Source of the DNA: a virus
Lineage: Duplodnaviria; Caudoviricetes
Length of the DNA stretch: 64,000 bases
Virus record (IMG/VR): IMGVR_UViG_3300002220_003476
Coordinates: 15,495-79,494 of that record
Strand: one strand, 5' to 3'
The translations under genes were made by a program, and so were the position numbers. How positions within the stretch are numbered: the first letter of the stretch is position 1; the number at the start of each line of letters is the position of its first letter. Positions 28,286-38,466 of this stretch are shown one piece after another. The notes beneath the pieces were generated by a model. That model had not been told where the DNA came from. It worked only from the letters and a program-made list of their open reading frames with translations, and ran no database searches.

Positions 28286-28656
28286 CAGCAGCACAGTATA
28301 TAAGCGAAATACTAATTATTAGAGAGGCAGATAATCGTAAGGTTATCTTGCCTCATCGCTTTTGGATGTTAGATGAGTATAAGAAAAAATATCAAATTAA
28401 AATTATACAAGTTTCTAAATATTTAAAAACATATAATCCAGATGATGTTGTTATGGCACTTATTTCTGATGAAGGAAAAAGAATATACAGTATTAAATAT
28501 CCTGGATTGGAAAGTTTAATAAAAAAGCAAGAAAAAGTTAGATCAGATTGGAAAAAAAAACCGATTAAAGAGTATACTATAAGTGAAGGAGAACACAGAG
28601 GGTCTCACAAAAATAAAAAAGATATTTTAAGTAAACTAAGAGAGCTAGATGGCTAA
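28246..28656 (+). CDS. hypothetical protein
   Basis: ORF. Confidence 0.6.
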   Translation: MEAKYTNKAGSKVTAAQYISEILIIREADNRKVILPHRFWMLDEYKKKYQIKIIQVSKYLKTYNPDDVVMALISDEGKRIYSIKYPGLESLIKKQEKVRSDWKKKPIKEYTISEGEHRGSHKNKKDILSKLRELDG

Positions 28657-29674
28657 AAAAGCAAAAGCAGAAAAAGTAGAAAATAATTCTAATCTAATAT
28701 TTGCTGATACATTCTTATCTAAACCAGTTAGAATATTAAGAGTTAGTCCAGCTTTTGATATTGGATTAGGTGGTGGAATACCAGAAGGTTCTTGGGTTGT
28801 TCTAACAGGGCGACCCAAATTTGGAAAATCTAGTGCCGCAATGCATATGATTTCTCAATATTTAACTCAATTTCCAGAAGGTAAAGCTTTATATGTTGAT
28901 GTTGAAACCAGATTAAAAGAGATCAATTTAAGAAATAGATTTCTTGATCCTACAAGATTACAAATAATGAGATCAACTCAGGATGATATTATACATGCTG
29001 AAGATTTTCTTGAGAGAACAGAAACTTACATCAAAGAAAATCCAAATTGTATTGTTGTAATAGATTCGGTTTCTTCCTTATGTTCAACAACAGAATATAT
29101 TGATTCCGTTAAAGGTAATACAAGATCACTTGGTCCAAAATTAATGGCCAATTTTACCAGAAAGATGGCACCTCTTGTACCTGTTCAAAATGCAATTATA
29201 ATCTTAATAACACATCAAATAGCAAATACATCTGGATATGGATCACCTTTTAGTGAAGACGGTGGCAATAAAATCCAATATCAATCAGACATTAAGATGA
29301 AGTGTAAAACTAAAACTGAGTGGATAGAAGATGAAAGAAATATTGGACAACAAAGTAATTGGCTGGTTGAATGGTCTGCTTTAGGTCCACCGGGAATGGA
29401 AGTATCTTCATATTTTAGATATAATTATGGATTAGATGCTGGAATGGAGTTGGCAAACTTGGGATTAGATTTTGGTTTGATAACTAAGAGTGGAGCATGG
29501 TATCAAATTACATGTTTATTACTATCAGAAGATCAAGAAATTCAAGACATGATTGATCCGAAGAAGAAAGAAAAATCTTTCACATTTCAAGGTTTGCAAA
29601 AAGTTGGAGATTTTATTAACTCTAACGACAAAGTACAAAAGTTCATAATGAAAGAATTAGTTTCGATGCTATGA
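28649..29674 (+). CDS. recA: RecA/UvsX-like recombinase
   Basis: LGGGIPEG, GRPKFGKS, VVIDSV, HQI, GG..IQY, K.GAWY. Confidence 0.9.
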   Translation: MAKKAKAEKVENNSNLIFADTFLSKPVRILRVSPAFDIGLGGGIPEGSWVVLTGRPKFGKSSAAMHMISQYLTQFPEGKALYVDVETRLKEINLRNRFLDPTRLQIMRSTQDDIIHAEDFLERTETYIKENPNCIVVIDSVSSLCSTTEYIDSVKGNTRSLGPKLMANFTRKMAPLVPVQNAIIILITHQIANTSGYGSPFSEDGGNKIQYQSDIKMKCKTKTEWIEDERNIGQQSNWLVEWSALGPPGMEVSSYFRYNYGLDAGMELANLGLDFGLITKSGAWYQITCLLLSEDQEIQDMIDPKKKEKSFTFQGLQKVGDFINSNDKVQKFIMKELVSML

Positions 29675-30081
29675 AATTTAAATATAATGGAAAAATTTAT
29701 AATGTTGATATAACAAAATATACTAGAGCTAGAAGCAATACTAGTAATCTTCATGAAAGAGTCAGAGATATACTAAAAGAATTATATCCACTAGATCAAA
29801 TTCTAGAAGAGTTTACTTTACCTGGATTAAAACCTGCTTTATATGCAGATTTTTTTATACCTTCTCAAAAACTTGCTGTTGAAGCACATGGAAAGCAACA
29901 CGTAAGTTATAGTAAATTCTTCTTTAAAACTAAACAAAAATTCTATAAAGCTCAACGTAATGATGCTCAAAAAATTGAATGGTTTCATGAAAATAATATT
30001 ACTTTAATTGGTTTATACTACGATGAGTCACCAGAATTATGGAAACACAAAATCTTACACAGAGTTACTAAAAGACTTTGA
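29671..30081 (+). CDS. DUF559/Vsr-like endonuclease
   Basis: YADFFIP...AVEAHGKQH...DAQKIEW...ITLI. Confidence 0.7.
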   Translation: MKFKYNGKIYNVDITKYTRARSNTSNLHERVRDILKELYPLDQILEEFTLPGLKPALYADFFIPSQKLAVEAHGKQHVSYSKFFFKTKQKFYKAQRNDAQKIEWFHENNITLIGLYYDESPELWKHKILHRVTKRL

Positions 30082-30514
30082 AAAAACTTTAAATAGATAT
30101 GCTTCTGATATTGGTACAGATAAAATTATATATAATACAGAAGTTGAACAAGTTTTATTAATGGATTTTAAACAATTAAAAAATCTAGATAAAACAGGAA
30201 TGGAAGAATTTGCATATTTATTAGCTCAGTATGCTGCTGTATTAACTAAAGAAACAAATAGAAATACAGCTATACTAAAATGGGCAGAAGACAAGTTAAA
30301 TAAATTAATATCTCATAATTATGATAAATATGTTGGAGATAAAATGATGAAATATGAAATTGTAAAATATATGATTGTAAACAATGATTCTGCTGCCACT
30401 CAACTAAATGAGATAATTAAAGACGCTGAATCTAGATTAACTGAATTACAAGATATGTCTAGTAAGATATATTATATGTCAACCCTATTAAGAGATTTAG
30501 GTAGAAATAGATGA
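30008..30514 (+). CDS. helical protein, possibly UvsY-like recombination mediator
   Basis: all-helical/coiled-coil composition and position between recA and dnaB; start uncertain. Confidence 0.35.
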   Translation: MVYTTMSHQNYGNTKSYTELLKDFEKTLNRYASDIGTDKIIYNTEVEQVLLMDFKQLKNLDKTGMEEFAYLLAQYAAVLTKETNRNTAILKWAEDKLNKLISHNYDKYVGDKMMKYEIVKYMIVNNDSAATQLNEIIKDAESRLTELQDMSSKIYYMSTLLRDLGRNR

Positions 30515-30846
30515 ATAAGAAAATTATTATAAAAAGAAAGCAAATTAAACAACAGTCACAAGAAGATAAGTCTTCTATTAAGCCTATAAAATCAGAAAAA
30601 AAATCTGGAGTACCTATCAAAACTGGACCAAGAAAGAATCTGTTTATAGATCCTGGGGTAGTTCCACATGATAATAGTTTGATATATGACAAATTACCCA
30701 CAACAAGAAACAGAGAAGATAAACCAAAAGAAACTCCATGCACTATATGTGGAAAAAAGTTTATCATAAGTCCAATATATATCAGAGATGGTCTTTATAC
30801 ATGTGATTCATGCTTAATTACTAATAGAGGAGCAATGCGTGGCTAA
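30511..30846 (+). CDS. basic protein with C-terminal CxxC...CxxC zinc finger
   Basis: CTICG...CDSC. Confidence 0.6.
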   Translation: MNKKIIIKRKQIKQQSQEDKSSIKPIKSEKKSGVPIKTGPRKNLFIDPGVVPHDNSLIYDKLPTTRNREDKPKETPCTICGKKFIISPIYIRDGLYTCDSCLITNRGAMRG

Positions 30847-32215
30847 AATAGCTGGAGATATAGGATCTGAAAGATTTATATTAACCGCTTTAGCCCAAAA
30901 AGGAGTAGAAGCATACACAGAAATACAAGAAATAATTGATAATAATTGTTTTTTTGATATTAATAACAGATCCATTTTTCAAGTATTAGCAAACGGCCTA
31001 AACTCACATGAAAAAATAGATATACCAACTTTTTTATCAATATCTAATGATCTAGGTTATTACACGCAGTTATCATCAAAAGATAATCTTAATTATATTA
31101 AGGCTATATTTTCTTCTTCAATAGTTTTAGAAAATCTTGTGAAAATAGCTACAAAACTAAAAAAAATATCTATTACATATAAACTGCAATGCTCATTAGA
31201 ACAAGCTCATTCTAAACTAAATAATATAACAGGTAATGAACCGATAGATGAGATACTATCAATTGTAGAAGATCAAACATCTAATATAGCAGATCATTTA
31301 ATTGATAGTAATGACGACCCACAATTGTTATATCAAGATATTGATGAACATTTATTGCATTTGGAAGAAAATCCATGCGATCAAGTTGGTATATCATCTG
31401 GTTATCCGATGTATGACTATATGATTGGAGGAGGGTTTAGAGCAGGTTATATTAACCTTGTAGTTGCAAGACCAAAAAGTGGAAAAAGTGTATTAGCACT
31501 AAATATTGGTACTAATATAGCAATAAATAATATTCCAATTCTTTATTTAGATACAGAAATGGATGACGAATTACAAAAAAATAGGGCGGTTTCAGCTTTT
31601 ACTGCAACTTCACCAAGAGATATTGAAACTGGTAAATTTTCTAGACTCGCTAAAAGAGATATGATTTATCAAACTATGCGACAGTATAAAAATATACCAT
31701 TCAGATACAAACGCATTGCTGGTAAGCCATTTGATGAGATTTTATCTATTATTAAAAGATGGTTGATTAAATACGTAGGTAAAGACGATAGTGGAAAATA
31801 TAAACCATCGGTAATTATATACGATTATTTTAAATTAATGAGTACAGACGACTTAGAAGGATTAAATGAACATCAAGCACTTGGATTTCAGCTTAGCAAA
31901 TTAACAGATTTTCTAGGTAATAATAAAGTCTCTTGTTTAGCTTTTGTACAAGCTAATAGAGACGGTATAACCAAAGAAACAACAGATATTGTTAGTCAGT
32001 CAGATAGATTAACATGGTTATGTGCATCGCTATGTCTTCTAAGAAAAAAAACTTCTGAGGAAATAGCCAACGAAGGAATTGATCGAGGTAATAGAAAAAT
32101 TATTCCAATGGATGGTATGAGATTTTCAGAAGGATTAAATGATGGAGATTGGATTAATATAAATATGGATAATTTTAGAATATATGAACTTGGAACACAC
32201 CAGCAACCAGTTTGA
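30839..32215 (+). CDS. dnaB: replicative DNA helicase
   Basis: ARPKSGKS, LYLDTEM, IIYDYFKL, QANR, SDR. Confidence 0.93.
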   Translation: MAKIAGDIGSERFILTALAQKGVEAYTEIQEIIDNNCFFDINNRSIFQVLANGLNSHEKIDIPTFLSISNDLGYYTQLSSKDNLNYIKAIFSSSIVLENLVKIATKLKKISITYKLQCSLEQAHSKLNNITGNEPIDEILSIVEDQTSNIADHLIDSNDDPQLLYQDIDEHLLHLEENPCDQVGISSGYPMYDYMIGGGFRAGYINLVVARPKSGKSVLALNIGTNIAINNIPILYLDTEMDDELQKNRAVSAFTATSPRDIETGKFSRLAKRDMIYQTMRQYKNIPFRYKRIAGKPFDEILSIIKRWLIKYVGKDDSGKYKPSVIIYDYFKLMSTDDLEGLNEHQALGFQLSKLTDFLGNNKVSCLAFVQANRDGITKETTDIVSQSDRLTWLCASLCLLRKKTSEEIANEGIDRGNRKIIPMDGMRFSEGLNDGDWININMDNFRIYELGTHQQPV

Positions 32216-33245
32216 TTTAACAGAAAATATTAGAGATATTTTAAATCTTTTAGGTATAGAATATCAAGATTATCATAATAGAATAACATTTCAGTGTCCT
32301 TTACATGATTCTAATAAAAGTGATAGTTTATCTATTTTATTGGAAGGTAGTAATAAAAACGGTTTATGGTGTTGTTGGACTCAAAGATGTGAAACTAAAT
32401 ATGGATATGGATTATTTAATTTAGTAAAAGGCATATTATCAGTACAACAAAACAAAGATATTTCAAACAATGAAGTATATAAATTTGTTAAAAAATATGC
32501 AGAAGTAAGTAACTACAACTCTGATTTAAACCAGTATTCTAAATTGGTATCTACAAAACCTAAAGATATTAAATATAATATTGAAAGAGAAAAAATACGT
32601 AATTCAATTCAGATACCAGCTAAATATTTTATTAATAGAGGTTATTCTCCTGAAATATTAAACAAGTATGATATTGGAACATGTACTACAAAAGGTAAAA
32701 AATTCTTCACAAGAATAATAGTCCCAGTGTATGATGAAAATTATAATTACGTTGGATGTACAAGCAGATCTCCAAATCCAGAATGTAATAAATGCGGTGG
32801 CTATCATATAGGAAAATGTCCATCAAATAATCTGGAAAAGTTTTGGTCTAGCAAATGGTTAAATAGTGATGATTTTTATTGCGGTAATCATTTATATAAC
32901 ATATGGTTTGCTCAGGAGCAAATTATTAAAACTGGTACAATAATCCTAGTGGAAGGTCCACCTGACATTTGGAGGCTCGCAGAAGCTGGTATATACAACT
33001 CTATAGCTGTATTTGGAGACAAGCTCACGGAAGAGCAACAAAACAAATTAAATAATTTACCAGTATTCAATATGGTAATTTTGACAGATAATGATAAAGC
33101 TGGAAAAACAGCAAGATCAAATATAGAACTACAATGTAAAAGATATTATAATATCATACATAAACAAACCATAAACAAAGATTGTGGAGATTCATCCACT
33201 CAAGAATTAAGAGAACTATTAAAGGATTTCATATGCAAAAAATAA
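32184..33245 (+). CDS. dnaG: DNA primase
   Basis: CPLH...CCWTQRC zinc finger; RIIVP; TOPRIM LVEGPPD...DNDKAG. Confidence 0.9.
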   Translation: MNLEHTSNQFDLTENIRDILNLLGIEYQDYHNRITFQCPLHDSNKSDSLSILLEGSNKNGLWCCWTQRCETKYGYGLFNLVKGILSVQQNKDISNNEVYKFVKKYAEVSNYNSDLNQYSKLVSTKPKDIKYNIEREKIRNSIQIPAKYFINRGYSPEILNKYDIGTCTTKGKKFFTRIIVPVYDENYNYVGCTSRSPNPECNKCGGYHIGKCPSNNLEKFWSSKWLNSDDFYCGNHLYNIWFAQEQIIKTGTIILVEGPPDIWRLAEAGIYNSIAVFGDKLTEEQQNKLNNLPVFNMVILTDNDKAGKTARSNIELQCKRYYNIIHKQTINKDCGDSSTQELRELLKDFICKK

Positions 33246-34012
33246 TTATTATTTCAGGTAAAAAGCAGTCTGGTAAAAGCTCATTAAGAAATTATATTAT
33301 GGGTAGAAAGATTGTTGATTCAGGTAAATCTTGGGATAGATTTAATATATCTACAACCGGAGAACTTATGGTTCCTACCGGTAAACAATATTTGGAAGTA
33401 TTAGACTTAAACAATAATCATCCAGAATTTTCTACTTACGCACAACAGTTTATTTGGCCATACGCTAAAAATTATTCAATAGCAAATTCTCTAAAATATA
33501 TTGCAATTAATATGTTCGGTGTAGAGTATTCACAATGCTTTGGATCAGATGAAGATAAAAACAAGCCAACCAATATTAGATGGTCTGATATAAAGTTTGC
33601 TCTACCCCCAAGATCAATTGGTAAACTTAGAGAAGATTTTAAACTGGAAGAGTTTATGACAGGAAGGGAGTTTTTAGAAAATTTTGGAAAAATGTGTAGA
33701 ATGGTTAAAGAAACATGTTTTGTTGATAACTGTATTAATGAAATTACATTCGAAGCATATCCACTCGTTGTTGTTGACGATATTCGTTATCCAGATGAAT
33801 TGACTAGCTTTTATGATCTAGAAAAAGATAACGAAGTTGAAATATTTTCAATACGATTATTAAGAGATGAATTTAAAAGTAAGTCAGAGCCAGAAACAGC
33901 GTTGGACGACTATCCAATAGATGTATGGAATGTTGTTGTTCCAGAAGATGCGACTATTGTCGAAAAAAATGAATTGATAGCAGAAGCATTAATTAATCGT
34001 GGATGGCTCTAA
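33233..34012 (+). CDS. deoxynucleoside monophosphate kinase
   Basis: ISGKKQSGKS, FANSLK-like SIANSLK, GREFL..FG, VVDDIRYPDE, SETALD. Confidence 0.8.
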   Translation: MQKIIIISGKKQSGKSSLRNYIMGRKIVDSGKSWDRFNISTTGELMVPTGKQYLEVLDLNNNHPEFSTYAQQFIWPYAKNYSIANSLKYIAINMFGVEYSQCFGSDEDKNKPTNIRWSDIKFALPPRSIGKLREDFKLEEFMTGREFLENFGKMCRMVKETCFVDNCINEITFEAYPLVVVDDIRYPDELTSFYDLEKDNEVEIFSIRLLRDEFKSKSEPETALDDYPIDVWNVVVPEDATIVEKNELIAEALINRGWL

Positions 34013-34027
34013 CATTTAGGTGTTATC

Positions 34028-35140
34028 ATTATAATAACATATTTTCGTTCTTCATCTTACAATGACTGGGATTACTGTCAGCAAAAATATTTTATGACAT
34101 ATGTTTTAGGCTACCAAGATGAAACAAATAAAAAAGCAGAAAAAGGTACTGTAACCCATAAAGTTTTAGAGTGTTTGGCTCTGCTGAAATTAGCAGTTCA
34201 AAACAATAAAAAATATATCACGGATGATGTACTAGGAAAATATAAATTTAATCATGAAGACTTATTAACTAGCACAAAATTAACTGATGATCTAGTAGAT
34301 AGTATAAATAAAGAAAGATCATATAAATCAAAATATACTTGGCCGTGTACGATTAAATATAATCATGTAAGACACGGAGTTGATATAGTATATGATATAT
34401 TTAATATTGTCTATGACTATTATTCCAGTAGAAGTAAGCATGAATGGTCTAAAACCGATAAAAAGGATTGTTGGCATTGGATATGGATTCCACTAGATTT
34501 AAGAAACGGTTTATATGACCCTCGTAAAAGAGAAATATATAGTCCAGAACAGAAATTTGATATTACGTTAGATTTTGATTGGGCTAAATATGAATATGAA
34601 CACGAAGGAAAAATAATCAGTGGGCAACTTGCTCTTAAAGGGACTATTGACTTAATTACAAGATTAGATGAAAGAACACTGGAAATAATAGATTGGAAAA
34701 GTGGGCAGAGAAAAAACTGGGCAACTGGTGATGTTAAAACATTAGAATATCTTCATAATGATCATCAGCTTATGTTATACTACTATGCTTTACATAAATT
34801 GATTAAAGATCATGATATTATGATGACCATTTACTACAATAGATGTGGTGGACCCTTTACTCCTGTATTTGAACATTCTCATCTAAAAAAGATGGAAAAA
34901 TATCTCCAAAAAAGGTTTGAAACTATCAAGAAAAACAGTCTACCAAAATTATGTCATCCAGAACAAAAAGATATTAAATGCAGTTGGTGTTCTTTCTATA
35001 AAAATAAGTTTGCAAATGATAATATGAATATGTGTAACAGAATTCATGAAGAAATAAAAAGTCAAGGAATAGAAGAAGTGGTCGAACAATACAAAGTTAA
35101 AGATCATAAATTCGATAAGTATTCATGTCCAGGAGAATAA
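34028..35140 (+). CDS. PD-(D/E)XK (RecB/AddB/Cas4-like) exonuclease; probable non-ATG start
   Basis: frame open upstream of ATG 34094 (IIITYFRSSS...DYCQQKY); GTVTH, GTIDL...IIDWKSG, QLMLY, C..CSWC. Confidence 0.8.
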   Translation: MIITYFRSSSYNDWDYCQQKYFMTYVLGYQDETNKKAEKGTVTHKVLECLALLKLAVQNNKKYITDDVLGKYKFNHEDLLTSTKLTDDLVDSINKERSYKSKYTWPCTIKYNHVRHGVDIVYDIFNIVYDYYSSRSKHEWSKTDKKDCWHWIWIPLDLRNGLYDPRKREIYSPEQKFDITLDFDWAKYEYEHEGKIISGQLALKGTIDLITRLDERTLEIIDWKSGQRKNWATGDVKTLEYLHNDHQLMLYYYALHKLIKDHDIMMTIYYNRCGGPFTPVFEHSHLKKMEKYLQKRFETIKKNSLPKLCHPEQKDIKCSWCSFYKNKFANDNMNMCNRIHEEIKSQGIEEVVEQYKVKDHKFDKYSCPGE

Positions 35141-36982
35141 ATGTTTGTACCAAATCACTTACATACAAAATATTCTTTAATGGATTCTGATATTAGAGCA
35201 GATAAACTTGCAAAAAAATGTGTAGAATATGAATATCCAGCTTGCACAATAACAGACCACGGAAATATTGCTGGGGTTGTTGAGTTTTCAAATGCTCTTC
35301 TAAAAGAAGGTATTAAACCTATAAATGGTATCGAATTGTATGTTTCGTCATTAGATGCGACAATTAAGAGTGATCTGAACAAAAAATTATTACATATGGT
35401 ATGTCTTGCTAAAAACAAGCAAGGGTTTTATGATTTATGTAAAATTGTATCAAGATCCAATGATGACGATGTATTTTATTATAAACCAAGATTAGATCTC
35501 AACAAACTTGGTGAATTAAAAACTAATAACTTGTTATGGTTTACTGGTCATCCTGGCAGCATTCTATTTGATGCTATTATGAATGAAGGAAAAATACATA
35601 GTGATTCAATACCAAATAGTGTTCGTATGATTAATCGTATGATTGACCTCTTTGGTAAAGAAAATTTATTTATTGAAGTTCAACGAGTTTGCTATCATAA
35701 TAGTGAATATTCAGATATATTAACGGAAATATCTCAAAGAACAGGCGTTAAAACTATTGCGTGTATAGACGCACACTATGTTGATAAAGCCGACGTAAAA
35801 AATCAGAGATTATTATTAGCGTCTTCTCTAGGGACAAATTTAGTCAGATGGAAACAAGATCTAGCCCATTCTGGTATGTCTTCTTTTTTCCTTCAAGATC
35901 ATTATCATATACCATCATATAAAGAGTTGAAAGCTGTTCACACTGAAGAAGAGTTAAAAAACAACTTATTGATAAACGATATGTGTGAATCTTATAGTTT
36001 AAAAAATAAACCATCTCTGCCAAGGTTTGAATGCCCAAATGGTATGACTGAAGAATTATACCTAAAAGACTTATGCAGACAAGGTTGGAGAAACATTTTA
36101 CAAAAACGAAATGTAGTTGATGATAAATTTAAACAAAATCAATATGCAGAACGAGTTCTAACAGAACTAGATGTGATCTCAGAATATGATTTATCTGGAT
36201 ATTTTCTTATTGTTCAAGATGTAATTAAATGGGCAAGAGATCAAACTTTTTTAAATACTGGAAGGGGTTCTGCTGCTGGTAGTTTAGTATCATATTTACT
36301 TGGTATAACACTTGTAGATCCAATTCCTTATAATTTGTTATTTACCAGATTCTTAAATAGAGGAAGGTTTACAAAAGATCACTTTGAATATCCTGATATT
36401 GATATGGATTTTCCCGGCGATTTTAGAGAAAAAGCTATTGATTATGTTAAAGAAAAGTATGGTAAGAATAGAGTTGGTAAAGTTGCAACATTTGGCACAT
36501 TACATGGCGCTGGAGCAATTAAAGAAGTGTTAAGAATGCATCAAGCTGTTTCTCCAACAGAGATGGATCAAATAACAAAATATATTCCACAAGAAGCAGA
36601 TGTATCAGATCATATGTCATCTCAGGAGGAAAAATCTATTATTAGATATACATTAAGAAACATGCCTTCAGTATTAGAAGAATATTGTACTATTGATGAC
36701 AAAGATGTTTTGCATGGTAAATTAGCTTCATATTTTCAGCAATCAATTGAAATTGAAGGTGCTGTTAAGTCTCAGGGAGTTCATGCTGCTGGTCTTATTA
36801 TATCGGCAAATGACTTAAATGAATCTTGTCCAATGGTAAGATCAAAAGATGGAGAAAAAATGTGTGGCATAGAAATGGATGGATTAAAGGATATGGGTTT
36901 TATTAAATTTGATTTTTTATCAGTAAATAGTTATTCAAAATTAAACAGAGTCAATGAATTATTAAGAGGCAGCAATGTATAG
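35141..36982 (+). CDS. dnaE: DNA polymerase III alpha, N-terminal part (PHP + palm)
   Basis: HLHTKYS, TDHGN, GRGSAAGSLVSYLLGIT, PDIDMDF, HAAG, IKFDFL then stop. Confidence 0.93.
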   Translation: MFVPNHLHTKYSLMDSDIRADKLAKKCVEYEYPACTITDHGNIAGVVEFSNALLKEGIKPINGIELYVSSLDATIKSDLNKKLLHMVCLAKNKQGFYDLCKIVSRSNDDDVFYYKPRLDLNKLGELKTNNLLWFTGHPGSILFDAIMNEGKIHSDSIPNSVRMINRMIDLFGKENLFIEVQRVCYHNSEYSDILTEISQRTGVKTIACIDAHYVDKADVKNQRLLLASSLGTNLVRWKQDLAHSGMSSFFLQDHYHIPSYKELKAVHTEEELKNNLLINDMCESYSLKNKPSLPRFECPNGMTEELYLKDLCRQGWRNILQKRNVVDDKFKQNQYAERVLTELDVISEYDLSGYFLIVQDVIKWARDQTFLNTGRGSAAGSLVSYLLGITLVDPIPYNLLFTRFLNRGRFTKDHFEYPDIDMDFPGDFREKAIDYVKEKYGKNRVGKVATFGTLHGAGAIKEVLRMHQAVSPTEMDQITKYIPQEADVSDHMSSQEEKSIIRYTLRNMPSVLEEYCTIDDKDVLHGKLASYFQQSIEIEGAVKSQGVHAAGLIISANDLNESCPMVRSKDGEKMCGIEMDGLKDMGFIKFDFLSVNSYSKLNRVNELLRGSNV

Positions 36983-37337
36983 TATTATGAATACTAAGTC
37001 TAAAATTATTGCATCAAATATACCAACATATGAATTAGCTGCACGAATATGCAAAAGCATAGGAGAAAGTTGGATTATATCTCCATCTGGTGGAGTTTGT
37101 AAGGAATACCTAGAAGAAGATGTAGACAAGTTTCATCTTTATCAAGTATTAATGATGGGTAATACTATTGAATACAATAAGCTTATTCTAACAACCATCA
37201 AAAGATTTGGAGATAATAGATATCAAGTATATTGTGATTATGCAGAATTTAAATACAATGATCTATTTCTTGAAGCAGAAGAAGCAATTAATCTTTTTCT
37301 AAAAATTAAAACAAAACTTAAAAATAAGAATTTATGA
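36975..37337 (+). CDS. hypothetical protein
   Basis: ORF overlapping dnaE-N stop. Confidence 0.6.
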   Translation: MYSIMNTKSKIIASNIPTYELAARICKSIGESWIISPSGGVCKEYLEEDVDKFHLYQVLMMGNTIEYNKLILTTIKRFGDNRYQVYCDYAEFKYNDLFLEAEEAINLFLKIKTKLKNKNL

Positions 37338-37726
37338 ATATAATTACAAATAAGATCTATATTGGATCATCACAAGATGCTATTACTGCTACAAATGATA
37401 TAATATTAAATGTAGCCATTGATTTAGAAACACATCCTAGTAATAATAGATTTAAAATTGGATTAATTGATGGTCCTGGTAATAAACAGGATACTTTTAA
37501 TCAAGCTGTAGATTTTATAAAACAGAATATTAATAATGATATATTAGTTCATTGTCATTCTGGACATTATAGATCTGTTATGACTGTTGCTTGCGCCATA
37601 TCAGATGATATAGAATCTTTTAAAAAAAACCTGAACATAATTATGAATATAAGGGGTGTTCCCAATTATAGACAAGCATTATATGAACTAGCTTTAAATT
37701 ACTTTACAGAGAAAAAAATAATATGA
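37334..37726 (+). CDS. dual-specificity protein phosphatase
   Basis: IYIGS, ILNVA, LVHCHSGHYRS (HCxxGxxRS). Confidence 0.85.
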   Translation: MNIITNKIYIGSSQDAITATNDIILNVAIDLETHPSNNRFKIGLIDGPGNKQDTFNQAVDFIKQNINNDILVHCHSGHYRSVMTVACAISDDIESFKKNLNIIMNIRGVPNYRQALYELALNYFTEKKII

Positions 37727-38466
37727 TTAAAAACTATATAGTGTTTCGAGATTACGAAACAGCAGAAATGAATCCAAATAGTGCTCAAATTACAGAGTTA
37801 GCTGCTGTAATTATAGATCCTCGATCACTAGAGGTAATTCCAGAATCAGTATTTTGTTCTAAAGTTTGTCCAGAATGGGACGACGACAAAGCAACAAAAG
37901 CTGGTTGGCTACCAGTAAATTATAAATCATTAGAAGTTTGTGGTTTTACTAAGGCTGATTTAGAATATGCTCCACAGGCAAAATTTGTTTGGGGAGAATA
38001 TCTTAACTATCTCAACAGATATGGACTCAAAGGTAAAGCTGGTAATAATTGGAACGCACCTATTGTAGCTGGATTCAATTCAAGCAATTTTGATGATATT
38101 ATTGATTTAAATATGTGTTCTAAGTTTGGCCCAAAACTGGGAGCTAGAGGAGATTGGCCATTTTATCATCCAACAATTAAATTTGATTTAATGCAATTAA
38201 TGCATATTGTGTTAAATAATATTCAACTAAACGCTAGAAATAGTATGTCTATGGATACTATTAGAGAATATTTTGGTATGGACAATGACTTATCACACAG
38301 AGCAAGTTTTGACGTTTTACAAGGTGCAGAATTGTTTATTAAAGTTCTAAAACTGTTTAGAGCATTAACAGAAGGTACTGTTGAACTAACAAAAGGTAAG
38401 AAATTAGTATTCAAGAATTGCTTTGAAAAAGAAAATGCCAAAATACGAAAATTACTACAAGTTTAA
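37723..38466 (+). CDS. DEDDh 3'-5' exonuclease (DnaQ/epsilon-like)
   Basis: DYET, AGFN...FD, HRASFDV. Confidence 0.85.
   Translation: MIKNYIVFRDYETAEMNPNSAQITELAAVIIDPRSLEVIPESVFCSKVCPEWDDDKATKAGWLPVNYKSLEVCGFTKADLEYAPQAKFVWGEYLNYLNRYGLKGKAGNNWNAPIVAGFNSSNFDDIIDLNMCSKFGPKLGARGDWPFYHPTIKFDLMQLMHIVLNNIQLNARNSMSMDTIREYFGMDNDLSHRASFDVLQGAELFIKVLKLFRALTEGTVELTKGKKLVFKNCFEKENAKIRKLLQV

Noticed and set aside
9549-34030. AGGTGT(A/T) motif at 20161 and 34018, and on the reverse strand at 9549-9557, as a phage promoter
   Set aside because: There are only three loose occurrences, one antisense and one better explained as an RBS. Genome-wide motif discovery would be needed.
36983-38434. Group I intron interrupting dnaE
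   Set aside because: The spacer is fully occupied by three overlapping ORFs with non-homing functions, leaving no room for a ribozyme core, and DnaE-C has its own leader.
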